Shown: positions 46,759-56,077 of the stretch, one piece after another
Position numbering within the stretch: position 1 is the first letter of the stretch
How the letters are laid out: each line of letters begins with the position of its first letter
From: Candidatus Eiseniibacteriota bacterium
GTDB taxonomy: Bacteria; Eisenbacteria; RBG-16-71-46; CAVPCR01
Reading direction: 5' to 3'
DNA length: 64,000 bases
Assembly (NCBI GenBank): GCA_963702435.1
Contig: CAVPCR010000004.1
Coordinates: 480,001 to 544,000 of the forward strand
Notes under the pieces: generated by a model
Told to the model about the DNA's origin: nothing
Database searches by the model: none
Seen by the model: the letters and a program-made list of their open reading frames with translations, nothing else
Position numbers and translations under genes: made by a program

Positions 46759-47487
46759 TCAATCATACGTCTCGCAGCGCACGTCGCGCCGCTCGAATCC
46801 CATCTCCTCGACGAAGAGCGCACGCACGGGGCGGACGAAGGCCTTGAGGCCGCTCACGAGCGGCACGAAGCGGCGCTCGCCCCAGCCTTCGGCGATCAAG
46901 GCCTCCCGGAGGATATCCACCTCCGGTCGAGCGTCGATCCCGGGGCCGCCGCCCGGTGCCGAGGCGACGTAGCGGACGCGCGGCGTGCGCAGCGCGAGGG
47001 CGGAGAACTCCTCATGATAGAGAAGATGCTCGACGCGATCGGCGCCGTTGACGAGAAGGATCTCGGGGGCCGCGGCGCTCGCCGCGGCATCGCGGAACAG
47101 GTGGCGGAGGAGGCAGCGGAGCGGGACGACACCGGTGAAGCGCCCGGCCAGGACGAGCCGCTCGGGGAGCGGCTCCGGCGCGCCGAACTGGCCGAAGGGC
47201 CCGGCGAGCGTGAGCTCCTCGCCGCCGGCGATCTCCCACAGGTAGCTCGAGCCGAGACCGCCCGCGACGTGGTCGAAGCAGAGCACGAGCTCGCCCGACG
47301 GCGACTCGGGCTCGGCAAGCGAGTAGGCGCGGATGAGCGGCGGGCGCTCACCGAGCGGCAGGTGGAGCGAGACCCACTGCCCCGGATGGAAATGGAGCGG
47401 GTTCGCCGGGGCGAACACACACTCGCGCACGTCGGGGGCGATCTCGCGCACGGCGCGGACGCGGGCCTTCTGGGTCGGGACGCTCAT
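46759..47487 (-). CDS. FAD/NAD(P)-binding ferredoxin-reductase-like oxidoreductase
   Basis: FHPGQW, RAYSLA, GGLGSSYL, GPFG; NAD-binding motif degenerate (AGRFTGVVP); ends ETYD. Confidence 0.78.
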   Translation of the reverse strand: MSVPTQKARVRAVREIAPDVRECVFAPANPLHFHPGQWVSLHLPLGERPPLIRAYSLAEPESPSGELVLCFDHVAGGLGSSYLWEIAGGEELTLAGPFGQFGAPEPLPERLVLAGRFTGVVPLRCLLRHLFRDAAASAAAPEILLVNGADRVEHLLYHEEFSALALRTPRVRYVASAPGGGPGIDARPEVDILREALIAEGWGERRFVPLVSGLKAFVRPVRALFVEEMGFERRDVRCETYD

Positions 47488-47572
47488 CGAGTGGCCTCGT
47501 GGGGAAGCGCCTCGGGGGCGGGCGCGCGCCGGATATCCGGGGGGTGCCCGGCGCGCGTCCCGCGGTCCGGGC

Positions 47573-48490
47573 TCACTTGCCGCCGTAGATATCCATGATC
47601 TGCCCGAGCATCTTGAGCGCCTCGTCCTTCGGCCGCTGGAACGAGTTGCGCCCGATGATCGAGCCGAAACCGCCGCCGTCGCGGATCTGGCGGCAATCCT
47701 CGTAGATCTCGTCGAGCGACTTGGCGGCGCCGCCCGAGAAGATGACGATCCGCTTCCCGTTGAACGAGCTTCGCACGACCATGCGCACGCGGTCGGCCAG
47801 GGTCGCGATCGGGACCTGGTGCTTCTCGATCATCTTCTTGGCTTCCGCCTGCTCGACGTGGGCGGTCGGCGGCTTGACCTTGACGATGTTGGCGCCGAGC
47901 TGGCAGGCGATGTGAGCGGCGTAGCACGAGACATCGACCGCGGTCTCGCCGTCCTTCGAGACCCCCGAGCCGCGCGGGTACGACCAGATGACGACCGGGA
48001 GCCCGCAGGCCTTGGCCTCCTCGGTCAGCTCGCGGATCTCCTCGTACATCTCGTTGCGGGCGGCGGAGCCGGGGTAGATGGTGAAGCCGATGGCCGCGCA
48101 GCCAAGCGCGAGCGCGTCACGCACGGTGGACGTCACCGCGGGGCAGGGATCCTCGCCGCTGTACAGCGAGTCTGAATTGTTGACCTTGAGGATCAGCGGC
48201 ACCTCGGCCGCGTAGCGATCGGCACAAGCCTGGATGAAGCCGAGCGGCGCCGCGTAGGCGTTCATGCCGGCCTCGATCGCGAGCTGGAAGTGGTACTCGG
48301 GGTCGAATCCGGCCGCGTTGGCGGTGAACGAGCGCACGGGCCCGTGCTCGAAGCCCTGGTCGACGGGCAGGATCACCATGCGACCCGAGCCGCCGATCCT
48401 CCCGTGGTTCAGCATCCGCGCGAGGTTGGCACGGACGCCCGGAGTCTCGTTCGTGTACCAGCTCAGGATCTCTCGGATCCGGTTGTTCAT
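47573..48490 (-). CDS. fbaB: Class I fructose-bisphosphate aldolase (DhnA type)
   Basis: ILPVDQGFEHGP, AYAAPLG, GFTIYPGS, WSYPRG, VKVK Schiff-base lysine, FSGG, IIGRNSFQRP. Confidence 0.92.
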   Translation of the reverse strand: MNNRIREILSWYTNETPGVRANLARMLNHGRIGGSGRMVILPVDQGFEHGPVRSFTANAAGFDPEYHFQLAIEAGMNAYAAPLGFIQACADRYAAEVPLILKVNNSDSLYSGEDPCPAVTSTVRDALALGCAAIGFTIYPGSAARNEMYEEIRELTEEAKACGLPVVIWSYPRGSGVSKDGETAVDVSCYAAHIACQLGANIVKVKPPTAHVEQAEAKKMIEKHQVPIATLADRVRMVVRSSFNGKRIVIFSGGAAKSLDEIYEDCRQIRDGGGFGSIIGRNSFQRPKDEALKMLGQIMDIYGGK

Positions 48491-48557
48491 GTCGTCTCTC
48501 CTTCGACTGAAGCGGGGCACCGTGAATCGAAAACCGGCCGATTCTACCGCAAGCCGG

Positions 48558-48974
48558 TCAGAGGTGATAGAGCATCAGGTAGATGACCACGCCCGTCATC
48601 GATACGTAGAGCCATGCCGGCAGTGCCCAGCGGGCGACGCGGCGATGGCGGGCGAACTGGCCGCGGAACGCGCGGGCGAGGGTGAGGATCACCAGCGGCA
48701 CGATGGCGGCTGCGAGCACCGTGTGCGTGCCGAGGATCGCGAGGTACGCGGCGCGCACCGGCGGCGAGCCGACGAAGCGCGTGGTGCCCGCGTGCGCGTG
48801 ATAGGTCAGATAGGAGATCAGGAAGAGGGTCGAGGAGGCGACCGCCGCGAGCATGAGCGCGCGGTGGCGTTCCCGGCGGCCGCGCCGGATGGCGAGGTAT
48901 CCGGCGATGAGGAGGCCGGCGCTCGTCGCATTGAGGAGCGCGTTCACCGTCGGCAGCGCGGCGTACGGGATCAT
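48558..48974 (-). CDS. DUF420 membrane protein
   Basis: LPTVNALLN, HRALM, FLISYL.YH, IL.TH..LA, HRRVARW, WLYVS.TGV..Y.MLY. Confidence 0.9.
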   Translation of the reverse strand: MIPYAALPTVNALLNATSAGLLIAGYLAIRRGRRERHRALMLAAVASSTLFLISYLTYHAHAGTTRFVGSPPVRAAYLAILGTHTVLAAAIVPLVILTLARAFRGQFARHRRVARWALPAWLYVSMTGVVIYLMLYHL

Positions 48975-49597
48975 GATCGGAGCCGGCGCGCGTCGGCGGC
49001 GAGGCGGCGCAGGGTCTCGGTGTCCGCCGAGTCGTAGTAGCCGCGGATGCGGCCCGCGCCGTCGACCAGCACGAAGCGGGTCGAGTGGTTGAAGGAGCCG
49101 TCGGCACCTTCGGCGGTCAGATGGAAGCTGTCGGCGAGGAGCGGATAGATCGCCTCCTTGGTGCCGGTGAGAAAGAACCAGCGTTCCGGGTCTGCGTTGT
49201 AGCGGGCTGCGAAGTCGGCGAGCACGTACGCGGTGTCGTAGGCCGGGTCGACCGTGATCGAGACGAAGCGGACGTCCGGGGCGTCGGCCAGATCGGTCGC
49301 GAGCGTGCTCATGGCGGACGTCATGCGCGGGCAGATGGTCTGGCAGCGGGTGAAGATGAAGTCCGCGATCCAGACATGGCCGGCGAGCTCGGCGCGCGTC
49401 ACGGTGCGGCCGCTCCGCTCGGTGAGCGCGAAGTCGGCGACTGCTCCGTGCACGGGGAGCGGGCGGAGTCCGCGGGCCAGCTCGTCGAGCGCGCCGGTGC
49501 GGGCCAGGAACAGAGTCAGCCCGGCGGCGAGGAGCGCGATGACGGCGAGGCCGAGGGCGACGAGGGGGCGCCCGCTGTGACGCTGGTGATCGTTCAT
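48971..49597 (-). CDS. SCO1/SenC copper chaperone
   Basis: N-terminal TM anchor, FIFTRCQTICP (CxxxC), SITVDP, HSTRFVLVD. Confidence 0.92.
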   Translation of the reverse strand: MNDHQRHSGRPLVALGLAVIALLAAGLTLFLARTGALDELARGLRPLPVHGAVADFALTERSGRTVTRAELAGHVWIADFIFTRCQTICPRMTSAMSTLATDLADAPDVRFVSITVDPAYDTAYVLADFAARYNADPERWFFLTGTKEAIYPLLADSFHLTAEGADGSFNHSTRFVLVDGAGRIRGYYDSADTETLRRLAADARRLRS

Positions 49598-49659
49598 GGC
49601 TCTTGTCTCCTGGCGGGACTCGAGCGGGACTCGAGCGGGGGAGACGGACGCTAGCAAGC

Positions 49660-49710
49660 GGCCGGGGCGCGGTCAACCGGCCGGGGCGCGGTCAACCGGC
49701 CGGGGCGCGG
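49660..49710. repeat. 19-bp tandem repeat spanning a stop codon, with an adjacent 11-bp repeat
   Basis: GGCCGGGGCGCGGTCAACC about 2.7 copies; GCGGGACTCGA about 2.5 copies at 49613-49639. Confidence 0.8.
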
Positions 49711-50654
49711 CCTTCCGGGTCGAGGCGCTCGCGATCCCGCCCACCCCGAGCGAGCCCGAGCTCGATCGCCCCGAACAGGAGCGCGGCGCCCGCGAGCGGC
49801 GCCACGTAGAAGACGAGCCGGTAGATGGCAAGCGCGCCGATCGCCGCCGCCGGATTCACGCTCGAGCCGAGGAAGAGGAGCATCACGGTCTCGAAGACGC
49901 CGAGCCCGGCCGGCACGTTGGACGCGACCCCCGCCACCTGCGCCAGCATGTACACCCCGATGAAGTGCGTGAAGGACATGTCCGCGGGGGCGATGAGGAG
50001 GTAGGGCACGGCGGCGGCGAGCAACCAGTCGAGTCCGGCCACCAGGACCTGGGCGAGAGCCCCTTCGATCGTCGGCAGGTTCAGGTGCCACGAGCCGATG
50101 CGGAGTGCCGCCACTCGCCGCGCGCACCATCCCAGGTAGAAGAGAAGACAGAGGAGGAACCCCGCGCCGAGGAGGCGCGCCGAGCGGACGGGCAAGGTGA
50201 TCGCCGCCGGGAGCAGCGGCGGGTCGATGAGGAAGACCGCGCCGCCGACCGCGAGGAAGCCGAGCCACGAGATCATGGCGGCGAGCGCCACGAGCTTCGC
50301 GATGTCGAGCGGGCCGAGGTCGAATGCGGCGAGAAGGCGATAGCGCACGGCGCCGCCGGAGAGGACGGCGAAGCCGACCGCGCGGCTGAACGCGTAGCCG
50401 ATGAACGAGGTGGCGGCGAGACGCCGGAGCGGCAGCGTGCGGCCGATGACGCGGAGCGCGAGCCAATCGAGCCCGATGAGCGGCAGGAAATCGAAGGCGG
50501 TGAGGAGCGCGGCGAGGACGATGCGATGGGCCGGGATGGCGCGGAGCTGGGCGGCGATCTCGGCGGTGCTCGTCCCCGCGAGCTCGCGGCGGAGGACGAC
50601 GAGCGCGACGGTGAAGGAGAGGAGGCCGATGAGAGGGGGAATCCATTTGCGCAT
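49692..50654 (-). CDS. Lysylphosphatidylglycerol synthase-type TM domain (UPF0104, MprF N-terminal half only)
   Basis: TSFIGYAFS, SGGAVRYR, AQVAGVASNVPAGLGVFE, YRLVFYVAP; no synthase domain follows. Confidence 0.85.
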   Translation of the reverse strand: MRKWIPPLIGLLSFTVALVVLRRELAGTSTAEIAAQLRAIPAHRIVLAALLTAFDFLPLIGLDWLALRVIGRTLPLRRLAATSFIGYAFSRAVGFAVLSGGAVRYRLLAAFDLGPLDIAKLVALAAMISWLGFLAVGGAVFLIDPPLLPAAITLPVRSARLLGAGFLLCLLFYLGWCARRVAALRIGSWHLNLPTIEGALAQVLVAGLDWLLAAAVPYLLIAPADMSFTHFIGVYMLAQVAGVASNVPAGLGVFETVMLLFLGSSVNPAAAIGALAIYRLVFYVAPLAGAALLFGAIELGLARGGRDRERLDPEGRAPAG

Positions 50655-50780
50655 GCGCGGCGGAGCATAGCCGATCCCGCGCTGCCGCGGTGGTTGGAGC
50701 CCGGGCGGCCCGGGCGGCACCGGCCCCGGCCCCGGCGTCCCCGGCAGGGGTCGCCCCGGCATGGTAGGCTTCTCCCCGCG

Positions 50781-51707
50781 ATGAACCCGCCGACCCCGAA
50801 CCGCATTCCCATTCTCGAGGGGCTCGCCGCTCCGCCCCGGCCGGCCGCTGCGGCCCCGCGCCACCGGCGCCATCCCGACTGGCTCAAGGTGCGCCTGCCC
50901 GGCGGGCCCATCTACGAGCGGTTGCGGAGCCTCCTCGCGGGGCTCCACCTCCACACGGTGTGCGCGGAGGCGGTCTGCCCGAACGTCGGCGAATGCTGGG
51001 GGCTCGGCACCGCCACCTTCATGATCCTCGGCGCCATCTGCACGCGCGGCTGCCGATACTGCGCCGTCGACAAGGGGCACCCGATCGGGCTCGACCGCGA
51101 GGAGCCGGCGCGCGTCGCGGAGGCCGCGGTCGAGATGGGGCTCCGCCACGCCGTCATCACCTCGGTGGATCGCGACGATCTCGCCGACGGCGGGGCCGAG
51201 ATCTTCGCCGAGACGATCCGCGCGATCCGCGCGCGCCTGCCCGAGTGCATGATCGAGGTCCTGATCCCCGACTTCCAGGGCCGGGAGGCGAGCCTGCGCG
51301 CCGTGCTCGCGGCGCGCCCCGATGTCCTGAATCACAACATCGAGACCGTGCCGCGGCTCTTCCCGCGCGTGCGCCGCGGCGGGGACTACGGGCTCTCGCT
51401 CGAGCTCTTGCGCCGCTCGCGGGCCATTGCGCCCGCCATCCCGACCAAGTCCGGCCTCATGCTCGGGCTCGGCGAGACGACCGAGGAGGCGGTCGCGGTG
51501 ATGCACGATCTGCGCGCGGTCGGCTGCGAGATCCTGACCATCGGCCAGTACCTGCAGCCCACGAAGAAGCAAGCGCCGATCGCCCGCTACGTGCACCCCG
51601 ACGAGTTCGCCGAGCTCCGCGCCACCGGTCTCGCGCTGGGCTTCCACCACGTCGAATCGGGGCCCCTCGTTCGCAGCTCCTATCACGCCGAGCGGCACGT
51701 CACGTGA
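50781..51707 (+). CDS. lipA: Lipoyl synthase
   Basis: HTVCAEAVCPNVGECW, CTRGCRYC, HNIETV, TIGQYLQP, GPLVRSSY. Confidence 0.97.
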   Translation: MNPPTPNRIPILEGLAAPPRPAAAAPRHRRHPDWLKVRLPGGPIYERLRSLLAGLHLHTVCAEAVCPNVGECWGLGTATFMILGAICTRGCRYCAVDKGHPIGLDREEPARVAEAAVEMGLRHAVITSVDRDDLADGGAEIFAETIRAIRARLPECMIEVLIPDFQGREASLRAVLAARPDVLNHNIETVPRLFPRVRRGGDYGLSLELLRRSRAIAPAIPTKSGLMLGLGETTEEAVAVMHDLRAVGCEILTIGQYLQPTKKQAPIARYVHPDEFAELRATGLALGFHHVESGPLVRSSYHAERHVT

Positions 51708-51764
51708 CGCCGGTCGCCGCCGGCCGCGCCTCGACCGGCGGCCGCACCCGCAGAGGAGATCGAG

Positions 51765-53192
51765 GTGAACGCTGATCCCACGACCTACGACCTGATCGTC
51801 ATCGGCTCCGGCCCGGGCGGCTACGTCTGTGCCATCCGCTCGGCGCAGCTCGGTCTCCGCACGGCGCTCGTCGAGAAGGACGTGACGCTCGGGGGCACGT
51901 GCCTGAACGTCGGCTGCATCCCGACCAAGGCGCTCCTCCACTCGGCCGATCTCGTGCACGAGTTCGCGCACGCCAAGGACTACGGCGTCGCCGCGCCGGC
52001 CGGGGCGCGAGTGGACATGGCGGCGCTCGGGCAGTACCGGACCCGGGTCGTGTCCAAGAACACGAAGGGCGTCGAGTTCCTGATGAAGAAGAACAAGGTC
52101 GACGTCATGCGCGGGTTCGGGAAGCTCGCCGGGCCGGGGCGCGTCACGGTGACCGGTGAGGACGGCAAGGCGCGGCCGCTTGCCGCCAAGCACGTGGTGC
52201 TCGCTCTCGGCTCGGTGCCGCGCACCCTCCCCGGCTTCGAGTTCGACGGCAAGCGCGTCATCTCGAGCACCGAGGCGCTGGCGCTCCCCGAGGTGCCGGC
52301 CCGGATGGCCATCCTCGGCGCCGGGGCGATCGGGGTCGAGTTCGCCTCGATCTACAGCCGCTTCGGCTCCCACGTGACGCTCGTCGAGCTGCTGCCGCAT
52401 CTCCTGCCGCTCGAGGACCCCGACCTCTCGAGCGAGCTCGAGCGCGCCTTCCGCAAGCTCGGGATCACGTTCATGACCGGCGCGCGCGCCGAAGCCGTCG
52501 AGCGCGGCGAGAAGGAGCTCACGCTCCGCGTCAAGGACGCGGACGGCAAGGCGCACGCGATCGCCTGCGACGTGCTCCTCGTCGCCGTCGGCCGCGGCCC
52601 GGCGAGCGACGGAGCCGGGCTCGCCGAGGCGGGCGTGGCGCTCGAGCGCGGCTACGTCAAGGTGGACGAGTTCATGCGGACCTCGGTGCCCGGCGTGTAC
52701 GCGATCGGCGATCTGGTCGCGATCCCCGGCCGCGTCCACCAGCAGCTCGCGCACCTCGCTTCGCACGAGGGGATCCTCGCCGCCGAGCACGCGGCCGGGC
52801 GAGCGGCACGACCGATCGACTACGACCTGGTGCCCGGCGCGACCTACTCGTATCCGGAGGTGGCCTCGGTCGGACTCTCCGAGGCCGAGGCCAGGAAGCG
52901 CGGTCACGAGATCAAGGTTGGTCGGTTCCCGTTCTCGGCCAACTCGAAGGCGGGCATCCTCCTCGAGTCGATCGGCTTCGTGAAGATCGTCGCCGATGCG
53001 AAGTACGACCAGGTGCTCGGCGTGCAAATCATCGGGCCCAAGGCCACCGAGCTCATCAACGAGTGCGTGACCGCGCTCCGGCTCGAGGTGACGGCCGAGG
53101 ATCTCCATCGCGCGATCCACGCCCATCCCACGCTCTCCGAGGCCGTGATGGAGGCCGCCCACGCGGTGGCCGGGCATCCGATCCACATCTAG
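51765..53192 (+). CDS. lpdA: Dihydrolipoyl dehydrogenase (E3)
   Basis: GSGPGGY, GGTCLNVGCIP, GAGAIGVE, HAHPTLSE. Confidence 0.96.
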   Translation: MNADPTTYDLIVIGSGPGGYVCAIRSAQLGLRTALVEKDVTLGGTCLNVGCIPTKALLHSADLVHEFAHAKDYGVAAPAGARVDMAALGQYRTRVVSKNTKGVEFLMKKNKVDVMRGFGKLAGPGRVTVTGEDGKARPLAAKHVVLALGSVPRTLPGFEFDGKRVISSTEALALPEVPARMAILGAGAIGVEFASIYSRFGSHVTLVELLPHLLPLEDPDLSSELERAFRKLGITFMTGARAEAVERGEKELTLRVKDADGKAHAIACDVLLVAVGRGPASDGAGLAEAGVALERGYVKVDEFMRTSVPGVYAIGDLVAIPGRVHQQLAHLASHEGILAAEHAAGRAARPIDYDLVPGATYSYPEVASVGLSEAEARKRGHEIKVGRFPFSANSKAGILLESIGFVKIVADAKYDQVLGVQIIGPKATELINECVTALRLEVTAEDLHRAIHAHPTLSEAVMEAAHAVAGHPIHI

Positions 53193-53235
53193 CCGAACGA
53201 GGAACCCCGGCAACGGCAGGAGTCGGCAGGAATCG

Positions 53236-54207
53236 ATGGTCACCTATCTCGAAGCCATCCGCATCGCGCTCGCCGAGGAGATGCGGGCCGATCCGCGGGT
53301 CTTCCTCCTCGGCGAGGACATCGGGCTGTACGGCGGCGCGTTCAAGCTCACGCACGACCTCCTCGCCGAGTTCGGCCCCGACCGCGTCATCGACACCCCG
53401 ATCACCGAGGCCGGCATCGTCGGCGCGGCGATCGGAGCGGCGCTCATGGGCCAGCGCCCGGTCGCCGAGATGCAGTTCATCGACTTCATCGCGAATGGCT
53501 TCCAGCTCATCACCAACTTCGCGGCCAAGTGCCACTATCGCTGGGGCGCCGCGGTGCCGCTCGTGATCCGCGGGCCGGTCGGCGGCGGCGTGGGGGCCGG
53601 GCCCTTTCACTCGCAGAATGTCGAGGCCTACTTCCTGCACACGCCCGGGCTCAAGATGGTGGCGCCGGCCACCGCGCGCGACGCGCACGGCCTGATGAAG
53701 GCCGCGATCCGCGATCCGAACCCGGTGCTCTACTTCGAGCACAAGTTCCTCTACCGGCACATCAAGGAGGAGATCGGCGGGCCGGACGAGGACCTGGTCG
53801 CGATCGGCCGCGCCGCGATCCGCCGCCCGGGGCGCGCGCTCACCCTCGTCACCTTCGGGGCGATGGTGCACCGCGCGCTGGCCGCGGCCGAGGCGCTGGC
53901 GGCCGAGGGCATTGACATCGAGGTGATCGACCTCCGGAGCCTCAAGCCGTGGGACGAGGGGATGGTCTACGACTCGGTGCGGCAGACGGGGAAGGCGCTC
54001 GTCCTCCACGAGGCGCCGCAGACGGGCGGCGTCGGCGCCGAGTACGCCGCCGCGATCGGGGCCGCCTGCTTCGAGTGGCTCGACGCGCCGGTCGAGCGGG
54101 TGGCCGGGCTCGACGTGCCGGTGCCGTATCATCCGGCGCTCGAGCGCGCCGCGCTGCCGTCAGTCGAGCGCATCGTCGAGCGCGCCCGCGCGCTCGCGCG
54201 CTACTGA
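53236..54207 (+). CDS. 2-oxoacid dehydrogenase E1 beta subunit (PDH/BCKDH type)
   Basis: LGEDIG.YGG, DTPITE, EMQFIDF, HSQ, FEHK, IDLRSL.P.D. Confidence 0.93.
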   Translation: MVTYLEAIRIALAEEMRADPRVFLLGEDIGLYGGAFKLTHDLLAEFGPDRVIDTPITEAGIVGAAIGAALMGQRPVAEMQFIDFIANGFQLITNFAAKCHYRWGAAVPLVIRGPVGGGVGAGPFHSQNVEAYFLHTPGLKMVAPATARDAHGLMKAAIRDPNPVLYFEHKFLYRHIKEEIGGPDEDLVAIGRAAIRRPGRALTLVTFGAMVHRALAAAEALAAEGIDIEVIDLRSLKPWDEGMVYDSVRQTGKALVLHEAPQTGGVGAEYAAAIGAACFEWLDAPVERVAGLDVPVPYHPALERAALPSVERIVERARALARY

Positions 54208-54256
54208 ACGCGGGCGCGCCACTGAACGCGGGCACGCGAGAAGGGAGAGTGGCTTG

Positions 54257-54784
54257 ATGTCGCGCATGCTCGGGCCGACCCTCATCATGGCCGCAGTGGC
54301 CGCCGTGCTCCTCGTCCTCGGCATCCTCCGCGGGCACGGCGAGCATGTGGCGGGACTCAAGGCGGGCGCCGCGATGACGATCCAGGTGCTCCCGCTCCTC
54401 CTCCTCGCCTTCATCGTGGCCGGCATGGTGCAGGCGCTCATCCCGGCGACGACGGTGGCGCGCTGGATCGGAGCCGAGTCGGGCGCGCGCGGCATCTGGA
54501 TCGGGACCCTCGCCGGCGGCCTCACTCCCGGCGGGCCCTACATCAGCATGCCGATCGTCGCCGGGCTCCTGCGCGCCGGGGCGGGGGTGGGCACGCTCGT
54601 GGCCTTTCTCACCGCGTGGTCCCTGTGGTCGGTGGCGCGCCTGCCGATGGAGGTCGGGCTCCTCGGCTGGCGATTCACCTTGATCCGCCTGGCCTCGACC
54701 TTCTTCTTTCCGCCGATCGCCGGCGCGATCGCGTACGCGCTGTTCCGGGGCGTGGCCCTGCCAGGCGGCGCGCCCCCGCGCTGA
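54257..54784 (+). CDS. Predicted permease (DUF318/UPF0718-like)
   Basis: Hydrophobic protein with GGLTPGGPY..P and AFLTAWSL motifs. Confidence 0.8.
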   Translation: MSRMLGPTLIMAAVAAVLLVLGILRGHGEHVAGLKAGAAMTIQVLPLLLLAFIVAGMVQALIPATTVARWIGAESGARGIWIGTLAGGLTPGGPYISMPIVAGLLRAGAGVGTLVAFLTAWSLWSVARLPMEVGLLGWRFTLIRLASTFFFPPIAGAIAYALFRGVALPGGAPPR

Positions 54785-54794
54785 GCAGAGGAGG

Positions 54795-54969
54795 ATGGCG
54801 ACCTTGATCGAGATGACGTCGGGCAAGGGCAAGGGGGCACCCGCGATCGCGGGGCGCCTCGCGCTGCGGGAGCGTCTTCTGCACGAACGGGAGCTGCGCG
54901 GTCGCGATCTCGGCCGGCTCGGTGCTCTGGCCGGGCGACGTCTCGGTGGGCGCCCTCTTCCACTTCTAG
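54795..54969 (+). pseudogene. Possible remnant of an outer-membrane beta-barrel C-terminus
   Basis: Start-less frame 54865-54969 reads CGSVFCTNGSCAVAISAGSVLWPGDVSVGALFHF* with terminal Phe and alternating strand pattern; preceded by MATLIEMTSG in another frame. Confidence 0.35.
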
Positions 54970-54998
54970 CCACGCCAAGCTAAACGGCGCGTCCCCGG

Positions 54999-56066
54999 CT
55001 AGATCCGGCGCAGCACGGTCCCGATCACCCGCCAGTAGACGCCGGTTGCCGCGGCGTACGTGTTCAGTGCCGCCGCGAAGACGCCTGCGTCCTTTCCCGG
55101 GCGAACCGGCACGACCAGGTGCGAGCCGCGCAGGAGGTGGGCGTCGCCGACCCGGCGGATGCGCCCGGTCTCCGCGCGGGCTGCCGGCAGGCTTGGGCAG
55201 AGGTTCGCGAAGCGCCCGAGAGCGCGCCACCACCGGGCCAGGTTGCCCTTCCCGGCCAGGAAGACGAGCAGTCCCAGCTCGTGCACGACCAGCGCCGGCG
55301 CGCACAGCGCGAGCGTCCGCCACTGGTAGTTCTTGAGCAGGAAGTACCAGCGGTTGGCGATCTGATGATCGAAGTACCTGTTGCCGCGCTCCTTGTGGTG
55401 GTGGAGCACGCGCAGCCCCGACATCTCGACGATGCGGTATCCGGCGAGCGTCATGCGATAGGCGAACTCGCCGTCGGTCTTGCCGAAGAAGAGCCGTTCG
55501 TCGAAGAGCCCGACGGCGAGGGCGGCGGACCGGCGGATCATCGGCGCGCAGCCCGTGCACGCGCCGACGTCGCAGGGCGCGTCACCCAGGCTCGTCGCCG
55601 GCGCGAGCTGGTGGGCGGCCGCCGCCTCCCCCAGGAAGTGCAGCCAGGTGCGCGCGTAGTGGATGGTGTCCGGTCGCTCGGCGAAGACGACCACCGGCGT
55701 GGCGATGCCGATCGTGGGGTCGCTGTCGAGCATGTCCCGCATCCGCTCGGCCACGCCGGGCTGCAGCTCGACATCGACATCCATGACCAGGACGTAGGGC
55801 GTGAGCGCCTCGCGCAGGGCCCGATTGCGCGCCGGATTGGGGCCGCGGTTCGCAGCGAGCGTGATGCATTGCACGGCGGGGTGCTGCTGCCGCATGTAGG
55901 CGGCCGTGCCGTCGGTGCTCGCGACGTCGATGACGAGGAGCTGGGCGGGCGGGCAGCCGGCCGTGGTCGCCGCGGCGATCGCGCGCGGGAGGTCGGTCCC
56001 GAGCGCATTGTACGTCACGATCGCGACGGTCAGATCGACAGGAAACACCGGTTCGGCCTGCTGCAC
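54999..56066 (-). CDS. GT2 glycosyltransferase
   Basis: LTVAIVTYN, VIDVASTDGT, ARN, VMDVD (DxD), GLFDE.LFFGKTD; GTG start inferred. Confidence 0.85.
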   Translation of the reverse strand: MQQAEPVFPVDLTVAIVTYNALGTDLPRAIAAATTAGCPPAQLLVIDVASTDGTAAYMRQQHPAVQCITLAANRGPNPARNRALREALTPYVLVMDVDVELQPGVAERMRDMLDSDPTIGIATPVVVFAERPDTIHYARTWLHFLGEAAAAHQLAPATSLGDAPCDVGACTGCAPMIRRSAALAVGLFDERLFFGKTDGEFAYRMTLAGYRIVEMSGLRVLHHHKERGNRYFDHQIANRWYFLLKNYQWRTLALCAPALVVHELGLLVFLAGKGNLARWWRALGRFANLCPSLPAARAETGRIRRVGDAHLLRGSHLVVPVRPGKDAGVFAAALNTYAAATGVYWRVIGTVLRRI

Positions 56067-56077
56067 GTGACGGCCGG

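Noticed and set aside
49692..53243. 1183-aa minus-strand ORF and similar long ORFs (34076-37132, 17033-19321, 60429-62942)
   Set aside because: Antisense shadows of real genes caused by stop-codon scarcity in high-GC DNA; only the last ~320 aa of 49692-53243 is a real membrane protein.
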